From Gammaproteobacteria bacterium (GTDB taxonomy: Bacteria; Pseudomonadota; Gammaproteobacteria; G965277405): 64,000 nt of DNA. A model generated the notes under the pieces. That model made no database searches, had not been told where the DNA came from, and was given only the letters and a program-made list of their open reading frames with translations. This document shows positions 40,091-53,915 of the stretch, piece after piece. The stretch spans positions 1,184,001 to 1,248,000 of the forward strand of contig OZ255726.1 of the NCBI GenBank assembly GCA_965277405.1. The letters are read 5' to 3'. Both the position numbers and the translations under genes were made by a program. Within the stretch, counting starts at the first letter, position 1; the number at the start of each line of letters is the position of its first letter.

Positions 40091-41659
40091 ATGAAGACAA
40101 TAGGTCCTATTAGCACCATAGCTGCAATTCACGACAATCTCTCGGTTCCTTTACTTGTTGAGCATGAACTGCAGCTTGAAGAAGGGATATTGGGGGTGAA
40201 TGGCGCAACGATTTGCATGAGCGGTATTTTTACTGGGCGATCGCCACGAGATAAATTTTTTGTTGATGAAGCAACTAGCAACGACAAAATATGGTGGGGG
40301 ACCAATAATCAAAAAACCAGTAACACAACATTTAATGCTTTGCTCAACAAGGTCAAACAACATTTAAAAGAAAAAGATATTTATGTTTTTGAGGGTTTTT
40401 GTGGGGCAGACCCAGCACACAGACTGCGCATACGAATTATTACCGAGAAAGCTTGGCACGTACATTTTGCCAATAATATGTTTGTTGCAGCAACACCTGA
40501 ACAACGCCAAGGATTTGCTGCGGATTTCACCATCGTCAACGCTGCAACATGCTACGCCACAGACTATCAAGAGCTTGGACTGCATAGCTCTACTTTTATT
40601 GTATTCAACTTAGCAGAGAATATAGCGCTGATTGGTGGCACGGAATATGCAGGCGAAATGAAGAAGGGCATATTTTCAGTAATGAATTATGTGATGCCGC
40701 AACAAGGAATACTGCCGATGCACTGTTCTGCAAACATTGGTGAGAGTGATGATGTTGCACTTTTTTTTGGTTTGTCAGGAACTGGTAAAACCACGTTATC
40801 TGCCGACCCGAAACGCCGCTTGATTGGCGATGATGAACACGGTTGGAGTGAGCAGGGCGTGTTTAATTTTGAAGGCGGTTGTTACGCTAAAGCGATACAT
40901 TTATCTGAAGAAAAAGAACCAAATATTTGGAATGCCATTCGCTTTGGTGCAATCGTAGAAAATGTTGCCTTTGATGCTGCAACCCGCAATATCGATTTTG
41001 ATGATGATAGTATTACTGAAAACACGCGGGTGTCGTACCCGCTGTCGTATATTGACAACATCAAGGCTGACGGCATGGGAGGCATCCCAACATGCATAAT
41101 TTTTTTAACATGTGATGCGTTTGGGGTGTTGCCACCAGTTGCCCGCCTAACGCCGCAACTGGCGAGTTATCACTTTTTAAGTGGCTACACAGCAAAAATT
41201 GCAGGAACTGAGCGTGGTATAACCGAACCGCAGGCTGTGTTTTCCACTTGCTTTGGCGCCCCGTTTATGACATTACCACCACAGATATATTGCGATTTAC
41301 TCAGCGAAAAAATGGCTCAACATAATGTGCCTGCATATTTAGTAAATACTGGGTGGAGCGGTGGTGGCTATGGCGTGGGCAAACGCATGGATTTATGTAT
41401 TACGCGCAAGATTGTAGATGCGATTTTAGATGGTTCTGTGCAACAAGCACCAGTAATTACTGATCCGTGTTTTGGCTTTGCAGTGCCAACTAAGCTTTCA
41501 GGCGTCGATAGCCATATTTTACAGCCCATGAACACTTGGCGTGATGCAAAAGAATATACGGTAAAACGCAATATACTCGCGCAAATGTTCCAAGATAATT
41601 TTGCAAGCTTTGCTGCCCACGCTGCCCACTTAGCGATACACGGACCGCGTTGTGTCTAG
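40091..41659 (+). CDS. pckA: Phosphoenolpyruvate carboxykinase (ATP)
   Basis: [37 protein letters not shown]. Confidence 0.96.
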   Translation: MKTIGPISTIAAIHDNLSVPLLVEHELQLEEGILGVNGATICMSGIFTGRSPRDKFFVDEATSNDKIWWGTNNQKTSNTTFNALLNKVKQHLKEKDIYVFEGFCGADPAHRLRIRIITEKAWHVHFANNMFVAATPEQRQGFAADFTIVNAATCYATDYQELGLHSSTFIVFNLAENIALIGGTEYAGEMKKGIFSVMNYVMPQQGILPMHCSANIGESDDVALFFGLSGTGKTTLSADPKRRLIGDDEHGWSEQGVFNFEGGCYAKAIHLSEEKEPNIWNAIRFGAIVENVAFDAATRNIDFDDDSITENTRVSYPLSYIDNIKADGMGGIPTCIIFLTCDAFGVLPPVARLTPQLASYHFLSGYTAKIAGTERGITEPQAVFSTCFGAPFMTLPPQIYCDLLSEKMAQHNVPAYLVNTGWSGGGYGVGKRMDLCITRKIVDAILDGSVQQAPVITDPCFGFAVPTKLSGVDSHILQPMNTWRDAKEYTVKRNILAQMFQDNFASFAAHAAHLAIHGPRCV

Positions 41660-41696
41660 CGTTGCTGTGTGGAACATAAATAACTGAAAAAGTAGA

Positions 41697-42116
41697 ATGT
41701 TTAAATATTGCAGCAAAAAAGTTGCTCGTTATAATCGCTGCGGTTTCGTTGCAATATGTTCGATTGTAGCCGCTGTATTGTCGTTGTTGGTGTTGCAAAA
41801 TCCAATGTTGGTATTTGCAGTGCTTGGCGCAATATTCGGGCTTGTCGTACAGCTACGCTTCGCAATTATTATGTTACGTCGTTATCGAATAGCGAACGCT
41901 CAACAAACATGGGCGTTGATGTATAAAGCGAATATGCGTAAAGTACTGTCGGTAATGATAGTGCTTATTGTTGCGGCCAGCGTATTGCCAGAAGCGGCAA
42001 TGTTGCAATTGTTTATACTAGGGTTAGTGGTTGGTTATCTCATAGGTCCGATGGTCATGTATCTCGGTGCCAAAATGTGTTGCCCCGCTGGGTCTACTGT
42101 ACTTTTTGCAAATTGA
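41697..42116 (+). CDS. atpI: ATP synthase protein I
   Basis: Four hydrophobic segments, first gene before atpB. Confidence 0.6.
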   Translation: MFKYCSKKVARYNRCGFVAICSIVAAVLSLLVLQNPMLVFAVLGAIFGLVVQLRFAIIMLRRYRIANAQQTWALMYKANMRKVLSVMIVLIVAASVLPEAAMLQLFILGLVVGYLIGPMVMYLGAKMCCPAGSTVLFAN

Positions 42117-42123
42117 GTAATGA

Positions 42124-42957
<834 letters not shown>

Positions 42958-42968
42958 TTTTTTTTTAA

Positions 42969-43235
<267 letters not shown>

Positions 43236-43247
43236 GCAAACAGTTGT

Positions 43248-43721
43248 ATGAATCTCAACGCTACGATAATCGGTCAGGCCATTGCTTTTGCGATATTCGT
43301 TTGGTTTTGCGTCAAATTCGTCTGGCCGCCAATTACCCAAGCACTGCAAGACCGGCAGCAGCGCATTGCTGACGGTTTGGAGTTTGCAAAACAAAGCGAA
43401 GAACAATTGAATGAAGCGAAAGCCGCCTATATTCAACAAATCGACAAAGGCAAAGCCAAAGCTATTGAAATTGTATCGCAGGCACGCGTACAGGCAGACC
43501 AAATCGTTGTTGCTGCTCGTGGAAAAGCTGAAGATGAAGGCGATAGAATTGTCGATCAAGCGCACGATAATGTTAAACGCATGCATAATGAAGTGCGAAA
43601 TGAGCTACAACAAGAAATTTCACAGCTGGTGTTAACAGGTGTTGAACAAATATTAGGAAAAGCGGTTACTGCAAAAATTGACCGTGATCTTATTGCCGCT
43701 GTTGCTAAACAACTGCAATAA
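43248..43721 (+). CDS. atpF: ATP synthase F0 subunit b
   Basis: [27 protein letters not shown]. Confidence 0.96.
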   Translation: MNLNATIIGQAIAFAIFVWFCVKFVWPPITQALQDRQQRIADGLEFAKQSEEQLNEAKAAYIQQIDKGKAKAIEIVSQARVQADQIVVAARGKAEDEGDRIVDQAHDNVKRMHNEVRNELQQEISQLVLTGVEQILGKAVTAKIDRDLIAAVAKQLQ

Positions 43722-44260
43722 TGAGTAACGTAGCAAGTCTCGCAAGACCTTATAGTAAAGGGATTTTTGCCCATGCAGTAGCACAAAATGCCATACAAAA
43801 ATGGGTGGATGGGTGTAATTGCATTGCGCAGGCATTTGGCGATACGCAACTACAAGCATTGATAGATAATCCTTCGATTGATTCGTCATTAAAGCAGCAG
43901 GTATTCATCGACTTGCTTGGAACAAAAGGCTATGAAGGATTTGAAAAACTGTTGGCGTTGTTGCAGCGCAACAAGCGAATTAACTTATTGCCAACCATTG
44001 CTTTGCAACTTGCTGCATATGCCGCGCAACAAGCTGGAACGATTGCAGTAGCAATAATCTCAGCGCATAAACTTAATGCAGGTCAAACACAGCTAATAAA
44101 AAAATATCTAGATGCACACACAGGTGCAAATGTTGCAATCACCAATAGCGTAGACAAAAGTCTACTCGGTGGCTTTGTCATTAAAGGTGACGACTGGGTG
44201 CTCGATGCGTCATTACAAGGTAAGTTGCATAAACTTACACAACAACTGCTGACTTACTAA
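43721..44260 (+). CDS. atpH: ATP synthase F1 delta subunit
   Basis: [19 protein letters not shown]. Confidence 0.93.
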   Translation: MSNVASLARPYSKGIFAHAVAQNAIQKWVDGCNCIAQAFGDTQLQALIDNPSIDSSLKQQVFIDLLGTKGYEGFEKLLALLQRNKRINLLPTIALQLAAYAAQQAGTIAVAIISAHKLNAGQTQLIKKYLDAHTGANVAITNSVDKSLLGGFVIKGDDWVLDASLQGKLHKLTQQLLTY

Positions 44261-44270
44261 GGAAGACTCC

Positions 44271-45818
44271 ATGAAACAATTATCAGCTGCCGAAATAAGT
44301 AGCGTTATTAAAGAACGGATTGGCTCATTAGAGACCGCTTTAGAATCTGAAAACGAAGGAACCATCGTTTCAGTTGCTGATGGTATTGTAAAAGTATATG
44401 GTCTCAAAGACGCAGTCTTTGGTGAAAAGTTGGAATTTGAACATAATATCTATGGTATCGCCTTGAATTTAGAGCGTGATAGTGTCGGAGTTGTTGTGCT
44501 CGGTGATTATTTACAGCTTTCTGAAGGTCAAAAAGTCAGACGCACCAACAGCGTTATGGAAGTCCCTGTTGGTCCTGAACTACTCGGACGGGTTGTTGAT
44601 CCGCTGGGCAGCCCAATCGATGGAAAAGGCGAGCTTGGCGCTAAGGTATTTGACAAAATAGAAAAAATTGCTCCAGGTGTCATTGATCGAATATCTGTGT
44701 CTCAACCTGTGCAAACAGGCTTGAAGTCTATTGATGCAATGGTACCAATCGGTCGCGGTCAACGCGAGTTGATTATCGGCGATAGACAAACTGGGAAAAC
44801 CGCAATCGCGATTGATGCGATAATCAATCAAAAAAATACTGGCATAAAATGTATTTATGTGGCGATTGGTCAAAAGCAATCTTCTATCGCAAATATTGTG
44901 CGCAAGCTTGAAGAACATAACGCAATGGCACATACGATTGTTGTTGCAGCATCGGCATCAACGCCTGCTGCCATGCAATATATATCTGCATATTCTGGTT
45001 GCACAATGGGCGAGTATTTTCGTGATCGTGGTGAAGACGCTCTTATAATTTATGATGATTTAAGTAAGCAAGCAGTCGCATACAGACAAATATCACTATT
45101 ATTAAGAAGACCACCAGGTCGCGAAGCATTTCCAGGTGATGTGTTCTATTTGCATGCACGATTACTCGAGCGAGCAGCGCGCGTCAACGTCGATTATGTG
45201 GAAAAGTTTACCAATGGTGCTGTCAAAGGGAGAACAGGTTCATTGACAGCTTTGCCAATTATTGAGACACAAGGTGGCGATGTTTCGGCTTTTGTGCCCA
45301 CGAATGTTATTTCAATTACCGATGGTCAGATTTATCTAGAAACCACTCTATTTAATCGTGGTGTGCGACCAGCGATGAACGCTGGTTTATCTGTATCGAG
45401 GGTTGGTGGTGCGGCACAAACAACAGTTATGCGCAAACTTGGCGGTGGTATTCGCTTAGCACTCGCGCAATATCGTGAGCTTGAGGCGTTTTCACAGTTT
45501 GCCTCTGATTTAGATGATACCACCCGCAAGCAACTACAACATGGAGAACGGGTAACTGAATTAATGAAGCAAGGACAATATTCGCCAATGAGTGTTTTCC
45601 AGATGGGCTTGGTTTTATTTGCGGTGAATGAGGGGTATCTTGAAGATGTGGTTGTTGATAAAGTTGGTTCATTTGAGTCTGTTTTGCTTGGATTTGCTGC
45701 GTCTGCGTATAGCGAGCTAATGCAGGCAATTGAAGCAAATCCATATGAATATACCGACGCTATAGCAACGCAATTACATGATTTAATGAAAGCGTTTAAA
45801 CACACGCAAACTTGGTAG
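44271..45818 (+). CDS. atpA: ATP synthase F1 alpha subunit
   Basis: [21 protein letters not shown]. Confidence 0.98.
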   Translation: MKQLSAAEISSVIKERIGSLETALESENEGTIVSVADGIVKVYGLKDAVFGEKLEFEHNIYGIALNLERDSVGVVVLGDYLQLSEGQKVRRTNSVMEVPVGPELLGRVVDPLGSPIDGKGELGAKVFDKIEKIAPGVIDRISVSQPVQTGLKSIDAMVPIGRGQRELIIGDRQTGKTAIAIDAIINQKNTGIKCIYVAIGQKQSSIANIVRKLEEHNAMAHTIVVAASASTPAAMQYISAYSGCTMGEYFRDRGEDALIIYDDLSKQAVAYRQISLLLRRPPGREAFPGDVFYLHARLLERAARVNVDYVEKFTNGAVKGRTGSLTALPIIETQGGDVSAFVPTNVISITDGQIYLETTLFNRGVRPAMNAGLSVSRVGGAAQTTVMRKLGGGIRLALAQYRELEAFSQFASDLDDTTRKQLQHGERVTELMKQGQYSPMSVFQMGLVLFAVNEGYLEDVVVDKVGSFESVLLGFAASAYSELMQAIEANPYEYTDAIATQLHDLMKAFKHTQTW

Positions 45819-45822
45819 CCCC

Positions 45823-46677
45823 ATGGCTGTCGGCAAAGAGATAAAAACTAAGATTGCGAGCATTCGTAATACTGCCAAGATTACCAAAGCAATGGAACTT
45901 GTTTCTACAAGCAAAATGCGCAAAACACAGTTGCGGATGGCAAGAGGTCGTCCATATGGTGAAACATTGCGAGCTGTTATTGGTCATCTTGCCCAAGCAA
46001 ACAGCGAATATCGACATAGTTGGATGGTACCGCGAGATGATGTGCAAACAGATGCGTATTTGGTTATTGGTAGTGACCGTGGTTTATGTGGTGGCTTTAA
46101 TGTCAATCTACATAAAACCGTTGTGCAACATATGCGGCTGCAAAACAAGCGGCAAAAGTTTGTCACGATAGGCGCAAGACCGCTCAAGTTTTTTCAGCGT
46201 TTTGGAGGCGAGATTATTGGGTATTTAACCCAGGTATCTGACAAGGTGGTGATTGATGACTTGCTGCCAACGATTCAGCTAGTGTTAGAAGCATATAATA
46301 ACAAGAAAGTTGACCGTGTGTTTGTATGCTACAACAACTTCGTAAACACCATGATACAGACCCCCATAGTCGAACAATTGCTGCCGTTGCCAGCCAGTGA
46401 CTTGCTGGCACGCACACAGTCTTGGGACTATTTATATGAGCCTGCCGCTGAATTATTACTAACTGGCCTACTCCAACGCTATATAGAGTTGTTTATTTAT
46501 CAGGCGTTGCTGACAAGCAGCGCAGCAGAACAAGCTGCAAGAATGGTAGCGATGAAAAGTGCTACTGACAATGCTGCTAATCTAATCGAAGAGCTGTCGA
46601 TGGTATACAACAAAGCTCGCCAAGCCGCAATCACCCAAGAGATTTCTGAAATCGTTGGTGGATCAAATGCTGTGTAA
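45823..46677 (+). CDS. atpG: ATP synthase F1 gamma subunit
   Basis: KITKAMELV, DRGLCG, RQAAITQEISEIV. Confidence 0.97.
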   Translation: MAVGKEIKTKIASIRNTAKITKAMELVSTSKMRKTQLRMARGRPYGETLRAVIGHLAQANSEYRHSWMVPRDDVQTDAYLVIGSDRGLCGGFNVNLHKTVVQHMRLQNKRQKFVTIGARPLKFFQRFGGEIIGYLTQVSDKVVIDDLLPTIQLVLEAYNNKKVDRVFVCYNNFVNTMIQTPIVEQLLPLPASDLLARTQSWDYLYEPAAELLLTGLLQRYIELFIYQALLTSSAAEQAARMVAMKSATDNAANLIEELSMVYNKARQAAITQEISEIVGGSNAV

Positions 46678-46694
46678 TAATTTCAAATATTTAG

Positions 46695-48116
<1,422 letters not shown>

Positions 48117-48118
48117 TA

Positions 48119-48565
48119 ATGGCAACCATCCAATGCAGCATCACTAGTGTTGACGAGCAATTATACCAAGGATCCATCAGCATGCTTGTTGCAACTGGTT
48201 CATTAGGCGACTTAGGGATCATGCCTGGTCACGCTCCATTGCTCACTGAATTGGCTCCAGGACCCATCCGCTTGGTCGGTGTTGATGGTGTAAGTGGTGG
48301 TGAGCAGGAAATTACATTCTTTTTATCAGGTGGTTTTCTCGAAGTACAGCCAGATAGAATAAATGTATTAGCCGATTCAGCGCTCCGCGCAGAACAACTT
48401 GCTGAAGAAGTGTTAGAAAAAGCGCGGCAACAAGCTGTTGCGCAGATGAAACAAGGCGAAAAAGATGCGGAATTTAATTATTCACTGGCTGCAATTCATT
48501 TAGCAGAGACCGTTGCAAAATTACGCACGATTCGGCAAATCAAATCGCGCTTAAACATTAAATAA
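48119..48565 (+). CDS. atpC: ATP synthase F1 epsilon subunit
   Basis: GDLGIMPGHAPLLT, SGGFLEVQP. Confidence 0.95.
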   Translation: MATIQCSITSVDEQLYQGSISMLVATGSLGDLGIMPGHAPLLTELAPGPIRLVGVDGVSGGEQEITFFLSGGFLEVQPDRINVLADSALRAEQLAEEVLEKARQQAVAQMKQGEKDAEFNYSLAAIHLAETVAKLRTIRQIKSRLNIK

Positions 48566-48580
48566 CCAGGAGCGGATCGA

Positions 48581-49522
48581 GTGCCGCTTACTGCATCAAG
48601 AAAATTCAGTATTGCGCCAATGATGGGGTATACCCATCGGCATGCGCGCTATTTTTTCCGTTTGCTCAATAAAAATGCATTGCTGTACACAGAGATGGTG
48701 CATGCACAGGCAGTGCTGAGAAATCATCAATCCACGTTAGGGTTTTCACCATTTGAGCGGCCGCTTGCATTGCAAATTGGCGGGAATAATCCAGTAGATA
48801 TCGCCAATGCCGCCAAAATTGGTGAGCAATATGGATATGATGAAATAAATATTAATTTTGGTTGCCCCAGCAAACGCGTCCAAAGTGGGACATTTGGAGC
48901 AGTGCTATTATTAGACATACCACGCTGCGCTGCCATTATATCTATGGTAAAGCAATTGGTCAGGATACCCGTGACGGCTAAAATTCGGATTGGTGTTGAT
49001 GAACAAAATATTGATGAAACATTACCAATATTAGTCAAGGCGCTGGTTGCAGCTGGCTGTGATCATATTATTGTGCATGCAAGAAAAGCGATATTGGCAG
49101 GACTAAACCCTAAACAAAATAGATCAATCCCTCCATTGCAATACCAAGCCGTGTATGACAATGCACAGCCAGCTTCACTGTTTAGTATCAACGGCGGTAT
49201 TGCAACAATACAGGATGTAACCAGTCATTTACAGCGTGTGGATGGCTGTATGATTGGTCGCGCCTGCATTTACAGTCCAGACATTGTGTATCAGGCAAAT
49301 AGTTTATGGGATGATAAGGGAGATTCTGTCCAACAGATAATGGCGTTATGGGATGCATACGCGCAATCTCAACCAATTAAACAAAGCGTATGGCAAATTC
49401 CATTAGCATGGTTGCGCAGCCAGTTGCATACTCGTAAAGCACAGCAAAATGCACACGCGATGATTCAGAACAAGCAACAGCCAAAACTTACTACGTTGTA
49501 TACAGAAACTGTGAATAATTAA
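48581..49522 (+). CDS. dusA: tRNA-dihydrouridine synthase A
   Basis: SIAPM, NINFGCPS.RVQSG.FGA, HARKA.L.GL.PKQNR.IPPL. Confidence 0.88.
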   Translation: MPLTASRKFSIAPMMGYTHRHARYFFRLLNKNALLYTEMVHAQAVLRNHQSTLGFSPFERPLALQIGGNNPVDIANAAKIGEQYGYDEININFGCPSKRVQSGTFGAVLLLDIPRCAAIISMVKQLVRIPVTAKIRIGVDEQNIDETLPILVKALVAAGCDHIIVHARKAILAGLNPKQNRSIPPLQYQAVYDNAQPASLFSINGGIATIQDVTSHLQRVDGCMIGRACIYSPDIVYQANSLWDDKGDSVQQIMALWDAYAQSQPIKQSVWQIPLAWLRSQLHTRKAQQNAHAMIQNKQQPKLTTLYTETVNN

Positions 49523-49960
49523 ATGAGCGAATGGCAATGTGTTGCAGAATCTGCAGATATCACTGTTGTGAAACAGCTTGCTGAAACTGCAAGTACTACC
49601 ATCCAACGCCAACCAGCTATAATATTTTTGATAGGGGAAATGGGTGCTGGGAAAACAACATTTGCACAGTTTTTTATTCAAAAACTTACTGGGGTAATGC
49701 GGGTGAAAAGTCCAACGTATACGCTCGTTGAAGAATATCGTAAGCCAACAAATGGTATGTGTTGTGCCCATATTGATTTATTTCGCATCCAACGAGCAGA
49801 AGAGATTGATGATTTAGATATACTATCGTATTCAATTGTGCTCATTGAGTGGCCACAGCAATGGCAAAACCACTTACCACAACCGACAATGTGTTATCGA
49901 TTTGAAATTTGTAGAGATATGAGGTTTCGCAAGATTGACGTATTACAAACGCAAAACTAA
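49523..49960 (+). CDS. tsaE: tRNA threonylcarbamoyladenosine biosynthesis ATPase
   Basis: GEMGAGKTT, VKSPTYTLVEEY, IEWP. Confidence 0.93.
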   Translation: MSEWQCVAESADITVVKQLAETASTTIQRQPAIIFLIGEMGAGKTTFAQFFIQKLTGVMRVKSPTYTLVEEYRKPTNGMCCAHIDLFRIQRAEEIDDLDILSYSIVLIEWPQQWQNHLPQPTMCYRFEICRDMRFRKIDVLQTQN

Positions 49961-50006
49961 GGAAGCTCTGCATAATTTCATGATGGGCGAGTTAATCAGA
50001 GTGTCT
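49961..50006 (+). mobile_element. 46-bp mini derivative of the miniature element (ends only)
   Basis: CTAA|GGAAGCTCTGCATAATTTCATGATGGGCGAGTTAATCAGAGTGTCT|CTAA. Confidence 0.85.
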
Positions 50007-50012
50007 CTAATA

Positions 50013-51551
50013 GTGCGAGCTGCTGTCTTGGTGGTGTGGCTGGTCTTTTTTATCATAAGCAGTGTTGCGCATGCGGGCGCCATCAAAGACATTCGTGTCT
50101 GGCAAAGTCCGAGTAAAATTCGTTATGTAGTTGAATTTAATGATGCGTTTACATTCAAAAAATATTCAAAAAAAGGCAAAGTACGTATCGAAATACAAAC
50201 CAAAAAAAAATTATTGCCACAGCTGTTGCAACTGTTGCACCAAGACCAATTGTTTGCGCCAGTACAGTCCGTTGCAATACAAGGAAATAGCATTCGTTTG
50301 CTGCTGGCAAACACCAAGGCAAAGGTAGAAGTGTTTTCGCTGCAACCAAAACAACCATATGGACCACGGTTAATTATAGATATACGTGATGGGCAGAAAC
50401 AACAAAAATTAAATTTTAACCCGAATCGGAAAATCACGATAGTCATTGACCCTGGGCATGGCGGTGAAGATCCTGGTGGTGTATATAATGGTGTTTTTGA
50501 GAAAGATCTGGCGTTGATTATTAGTAGGAAAGTACATAATAAGATTAACAAAGATGCAAACTTTTCTGCATTACTTGTGAGGAATGCCGATTACTATGTG
50601 AGCTTACAGCGGCGCTTAGACTTCGCAAGAAGAGTAAATGCCGACTTACTTGTTTCTATTCACTTGAACGTATATAAAAAAGAATCAACTGTTTCTGGAA
50701 TGATGGTTTTTGCACCATCAAATGCAGCTGCAAAATCTGAAATAGCGGCGTATATGGAAAATAAGGAAAATGAATCAGATGAAATTGGTGGTGTTGACTT
50801 AGCCGAACTCAGCAGCAATAGCAGCGTATTACAACAATTATTGTTAGATTTGAGCTATGCGACAAATATAGATCGCAGTATGACATTCGGACAACACCTC
50901 ATTGATATCGCAAAACCAACGGTACACTTGTTTAAAAACCCATTGGAACAGGCAGGATTCTTGGTATTAAAGTCACCTGAAGTCCCTTCGGTTTTAGTAG
51001 AAACTGGATTTTTAAGCAATCCAAATGATGCAAAGCTACTTACGTCGAATGCTTATCAAGATATAATTGCCTCCGCAATTTCGTTAGCGGTACGGTCTTG
51101 GTTCTATACCCACCCACCCAGTAAAAGTATTTTGTATCAACACGCCACGCGGCGGTATTTAGTTACTAAAAAAATAATGCCGCAGGAACTGGCGTTAAAA
51201 TTGAATATCAACGAGCAAGTATTGTTAGATGATAACGTTGGGGTAATCAGTAAAAAAACAATGATTAATATTGGTAAAATAGTCCGCTATCCACGCAAAG
51301 AGCCTATCCAAAATCCAGCAATACAGAGTAAAACCAAACGCAAGGTGCAAAAAAAACAGCAGCCTAAGCGCGCTGTAAAACAAAAGAAATCAACAATTAA
51401 ACGGATTTATTATAGCGTCCAACCCAATGATACTATTCAGGGAATAGCTACGCAGTATGGCGTGGGCATTGCAGAAATTATGGCAATCAATAATCTTGAG
51501 CAACCATTAATATATGCAGGTCAAACCATCATGATAGACATTGGTAAATGA
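50013..51551 (+). CDS. amiB: N-acetylmuramoyl-L-alanine amidase (AmiB/AmiC-like: AMIN, amidase_3, LysM)
   Basis: IDPGHGGEDPG, SIH, VLKSP.VPSVLVETGFLSN, C-terminal LysM; follows tsaE; start uncertain (GTG 50013 or element-derived ATG). Confidence 0.85.
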   Translation: MRAAVLVVWLVFFIISSVAHAGAIKDIRVWQSPSKIRYVVEFNDAFTFKKYSKKGKVRIEIQTKKKLLPQLLQLLHQDQLFAPVQSVAIQGNSIRLLLANTKAKVEVFSLQPKQPYGPRLIIDIRDGQKQQKLNFNPNRKITIVIDPGHGGEDPGGVYNGVFEKDLALIISRKVHNKINKDANFSALLVRNADYYVSLQRRLDFARRVNADLLVSIHLNVYKKESTVSGMMVFAPSNAAAKSEIAAYMENKENESDEIGGVDLAELSSNSSVLQQLLLDLSYATNIDRSMTFGQHLIDIAKPTVHLFKNPLEQAGFLVLKSPEVPSVLVETGFLSNPNDAKLLTSNAYQDIIASAISLAVRSWFYTHPPSKSILYQHATRRYLVTKKIMPQELALKLNINEQVLLDDNVGVISKKTMINIGKIVRYPRKEPIQNPAIQSKTKRKVQKKQQPKRAVKQKKSTIKRIYYSVQPNDTIQGIATQYGVGIAEIMAINNLEQPLIYAGQTIMIDIGK

Positions 51552-52822
51552 AGAATATAAACGAACAGTACAACAGTACCTTTAGTCATTCATATGGCAA
51601 ACAAGCTGGCATTAATCAACTGATGACTGATCTCGGCAATGCTTTAGAGCAAAACAAAAAAACAGGAAAAAAAACATATATCCTTGGTGGCGGTAATCCA
51701 GGGTATATTCCAGCAGTGCTTGACGTATATGCAGCGCGGCTACAACAAATATCCCAATCGGCTAGCACACTCAAACGGATGCTCGCTGACTATGCCGAGC
51801 CCGCTGGTGACATCGGTTTTCGCAACACATTCGCAGCAGTGTTGAATAAAAAATACGGCTGGAAGCTGAGCGAAAAAAACATTGTGCTGACAAATGGCAG
51901 TCAACAAGCGTTTTTTTTATTGTTTAATATTTTTGCAGGACCGTTATCCCCGCTAGCACGAAAAAAAATAATGCTGCCGTTAACACCAGAATATATTGGC
52001 TATACGGATAGCCCACTGTTTGCTGATACGTTTATGACGCAACAACCAGTGGTGGAAAAGGTTAGTAATCAAGTGTTTAGATACGCTCTTGCTGACAATG
52101 TCTATCATGACGACACCATTGCGGCACTGTGCGTATCAAGACCGAGTAATCCAACAGGTGGCGTGATCTCAGACCAAGAAGTTGCGCTACTTACGGCACA
52201 CGCAAAGCAACAAAGTATTCCGCTTATTATTGATAATGCGTATGGTCTGCCATTTCCTAATACCATGTATGTGCCTGCTACGCTAACATGGGATGATCAT
52301 GTAATTTTGTGTATGAGCTTATCAAAATGTGGACTACCAGGGCTGCGTACAGGAATTGTTGTTGCCAATGAAGACGTTTGCGAACAACTAGCAGCTGCGA
52401 ATAGTATTATTGGTTTAGCGCCTAATTCAGTAGGTGCGGTAGTTGTCGATGCGTTATTAGCAGACGGATCATTTATAGAGATGTGTAACGCATCAATTCG
52501 ACCATTTTATGCAAAAAAGCGCGATACTTTTTTTGCACTGCTGCTGGCGCAATTATCTGGACTACCTGTGCAAATCCACCAAGCAGATGGCGCCTTCTTT
52601 TTTTGGCTGGTTTGGCAATCGGCAACACTTGATAGCGAAAAAGTCTACCAAGATCTACGCCGTCAAAATGTAATTGTTGTTCAGGGCAGGTATTTTTTTG
52701 CAACAAAGCAAAACCATCCACATACAAATCGTAGTATTCGTATTGGCTATGCAGGTGATGAGCAAATGATAGCTGATGGTTTGCACATTGTATGTGCGTA
52801 TTTCCAACAGCAATTGGCGTAA
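51548..52822 (+). CDS. avtA: Valine--pyruvate aminotransferase
   Basis: GI.QLM.DL, LGGGNP, PEYIGY.D, VSRPSNPTG, SLSK.GLPG.R.G. Confidence 0.88.
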   Translation: MKNINEQYNSTFSHSYGKQAGINQLMTDLGNALEQNKKTGKKTYILGGGNPGYIPAVLDVYAARLQQISQSASTLKRMLADYAEPAGDIGFRNTFAAVLNKKYGWKLSEKNIVLTNGSQQAFFLLFNIFAGPLSPLARKKIMLPLTPEYIGYTDSPLFADTFMTQQPVVEKVSNQVFRYALADNVYHDDTIAALCVSRPSNPTGGVISDQEVALLTAHAKQQSIPLIIDNAYGLPFPNTMYVPATLTWDDHVILCMSLSKCGLPGLRTGIVVANEDVCEQLAAANSIIGLAPNSVGAVVVDALLADGSFIEMCNASIRPFYAKKRDTFFALLLAQLSGLPVQIHQADGAFFFWLVWQSATLDSEKVYQDLRRQNVIVVQGRYFFATKQNHPHTNRSIRIGYAGDEQMIADGLHIVCAYFQQQLA

Positions 52823-52872
52823 GCGCATAGCTGTCAAGTATACTTGAGGTTACTTGCCTAAATAACAGCAAA

Positions 52873-53607
52873 CTATACCGGTTCAGCTGCTGGTTTTTTT
52901 ATTAATAACCGGGCGCTGAGTAAGCCAACTTCAAATAACAGCCACATCGGTATTGCTAAAAATGATTGTGAAAATATATCTGGCGGGGTGAGTAGCATGC
53001 CAAAAACAAAACAGCCAAGGAAAATATATGGGCGTTTCTTGCTCAGAGCATCTGCAGTAACAGCACCAGTTGCACAAAGAATAATTGTGACGATTGGCAC
53101 TTCAAACGCTAAGCCAAATGCCAACATGATTTTTAAGAAAAAACCAAGGTAGAAATTAATATCTGGCGCTGAAACCACCCCTTCAAGCGCAAAACCGATA
53201 AAAAATTTAGTGATAATTGGGAATACCACAAAATAGGCGAATGACATCCCACAATAAAATAACACCACACTCATCAATAATAATGGTATTGCCAAACGCT
53301 TTTCGCGTTTATACAGTCCTGGGGCAATGAATCGCCAAAGTTGGAACAGTAGCAGCGGCATGGTGATAAATATTGAAGTAAAAAAAACCAGCTTTAATGG
53401 AGCAAAAAAAGTTGATGTTACCTCAGTGGCAATCATGCTCGTTCCCTCTGGCAGAAACTGGCGCAATGGCAAAGAGGCTAAGCCATACAGTTCTTTTGCA
53501 AAGAACATACAAATGGAAAAGAAAATAAGAATTGTTACAATAGACCATAACAGCCGCTGCCGCAGCTCAACCAAATGATCGGTAATTTTCATTTCCGACT
53601 TATTCAT
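52873..53607 (-). CDS. tatC: Twin-arginine translocase subunit TatC
   Basis: HLVELRQRL, FIAPGLY.REK, TPPD. Confidence 0.96.
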   Translation of the reverse strand: MNKSEMKITDHLVELRQRLLWSIVTILIFFSICMFFAKELYGLASLPLRQFLPEGTSMIATEVTSTFFAPLKLVFFTSIFITMPLLLFQLWRFIAPGLYKREKRLAIPLLLMSVVLFYCGMSFAYFVVFPIITKFFIGFALEGVVSAPDINFYLGFFLKIMLAFGLAFEVPIVTIILCATGAVTADALSKKRPYIFLGCFVFGMLLTPPDIFSQSFLAIPMWLLFEVGLLSARLLIKKPAAEPV

Positions 53608-53897
53608 TTCTTGTGAGATTTTTTTTCTACTTCCTTTGACTTATAGTCATTAGCTGCATGTATGTCATCAATGTCAACAATTGACGCAACATGCTTTTTA
53701 TATGACTGTATATTTTCTTGAACTTCAGATTCGGTTATTTCTTTTTCGATATCCGACTTGAATTCGTTAAATATATTACGTGATTTACGGATCCATGCAG
53801 AAACGGTGCGTACAGCTAAAGGTAGTCGTTGCGGCCCGAGCACAACAAGACCAATAATAAAAATCACGGCAAGTTCTGCGAAGCCAATATCAAACAT
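53604..53897 (-). CDS. tatB: Twin-arginine translocase subunit TatB
   Basis: MFDIGFAEL..IFIIGLVVLGPQRLP. Confidence 0.95.
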   Translation of the reverse strand: MFDIGFAELAVIFIIGLVVLGPQRLPLAVRTVSAWIRKSRNIFNEFKSDIEKEITESEVQENIQSYKKHVASIVDIDDIHAANDYKSKEVEKKSHKK

Positions 53898-53915
53898 GAC
53901 GTGAAAACGACTGGG

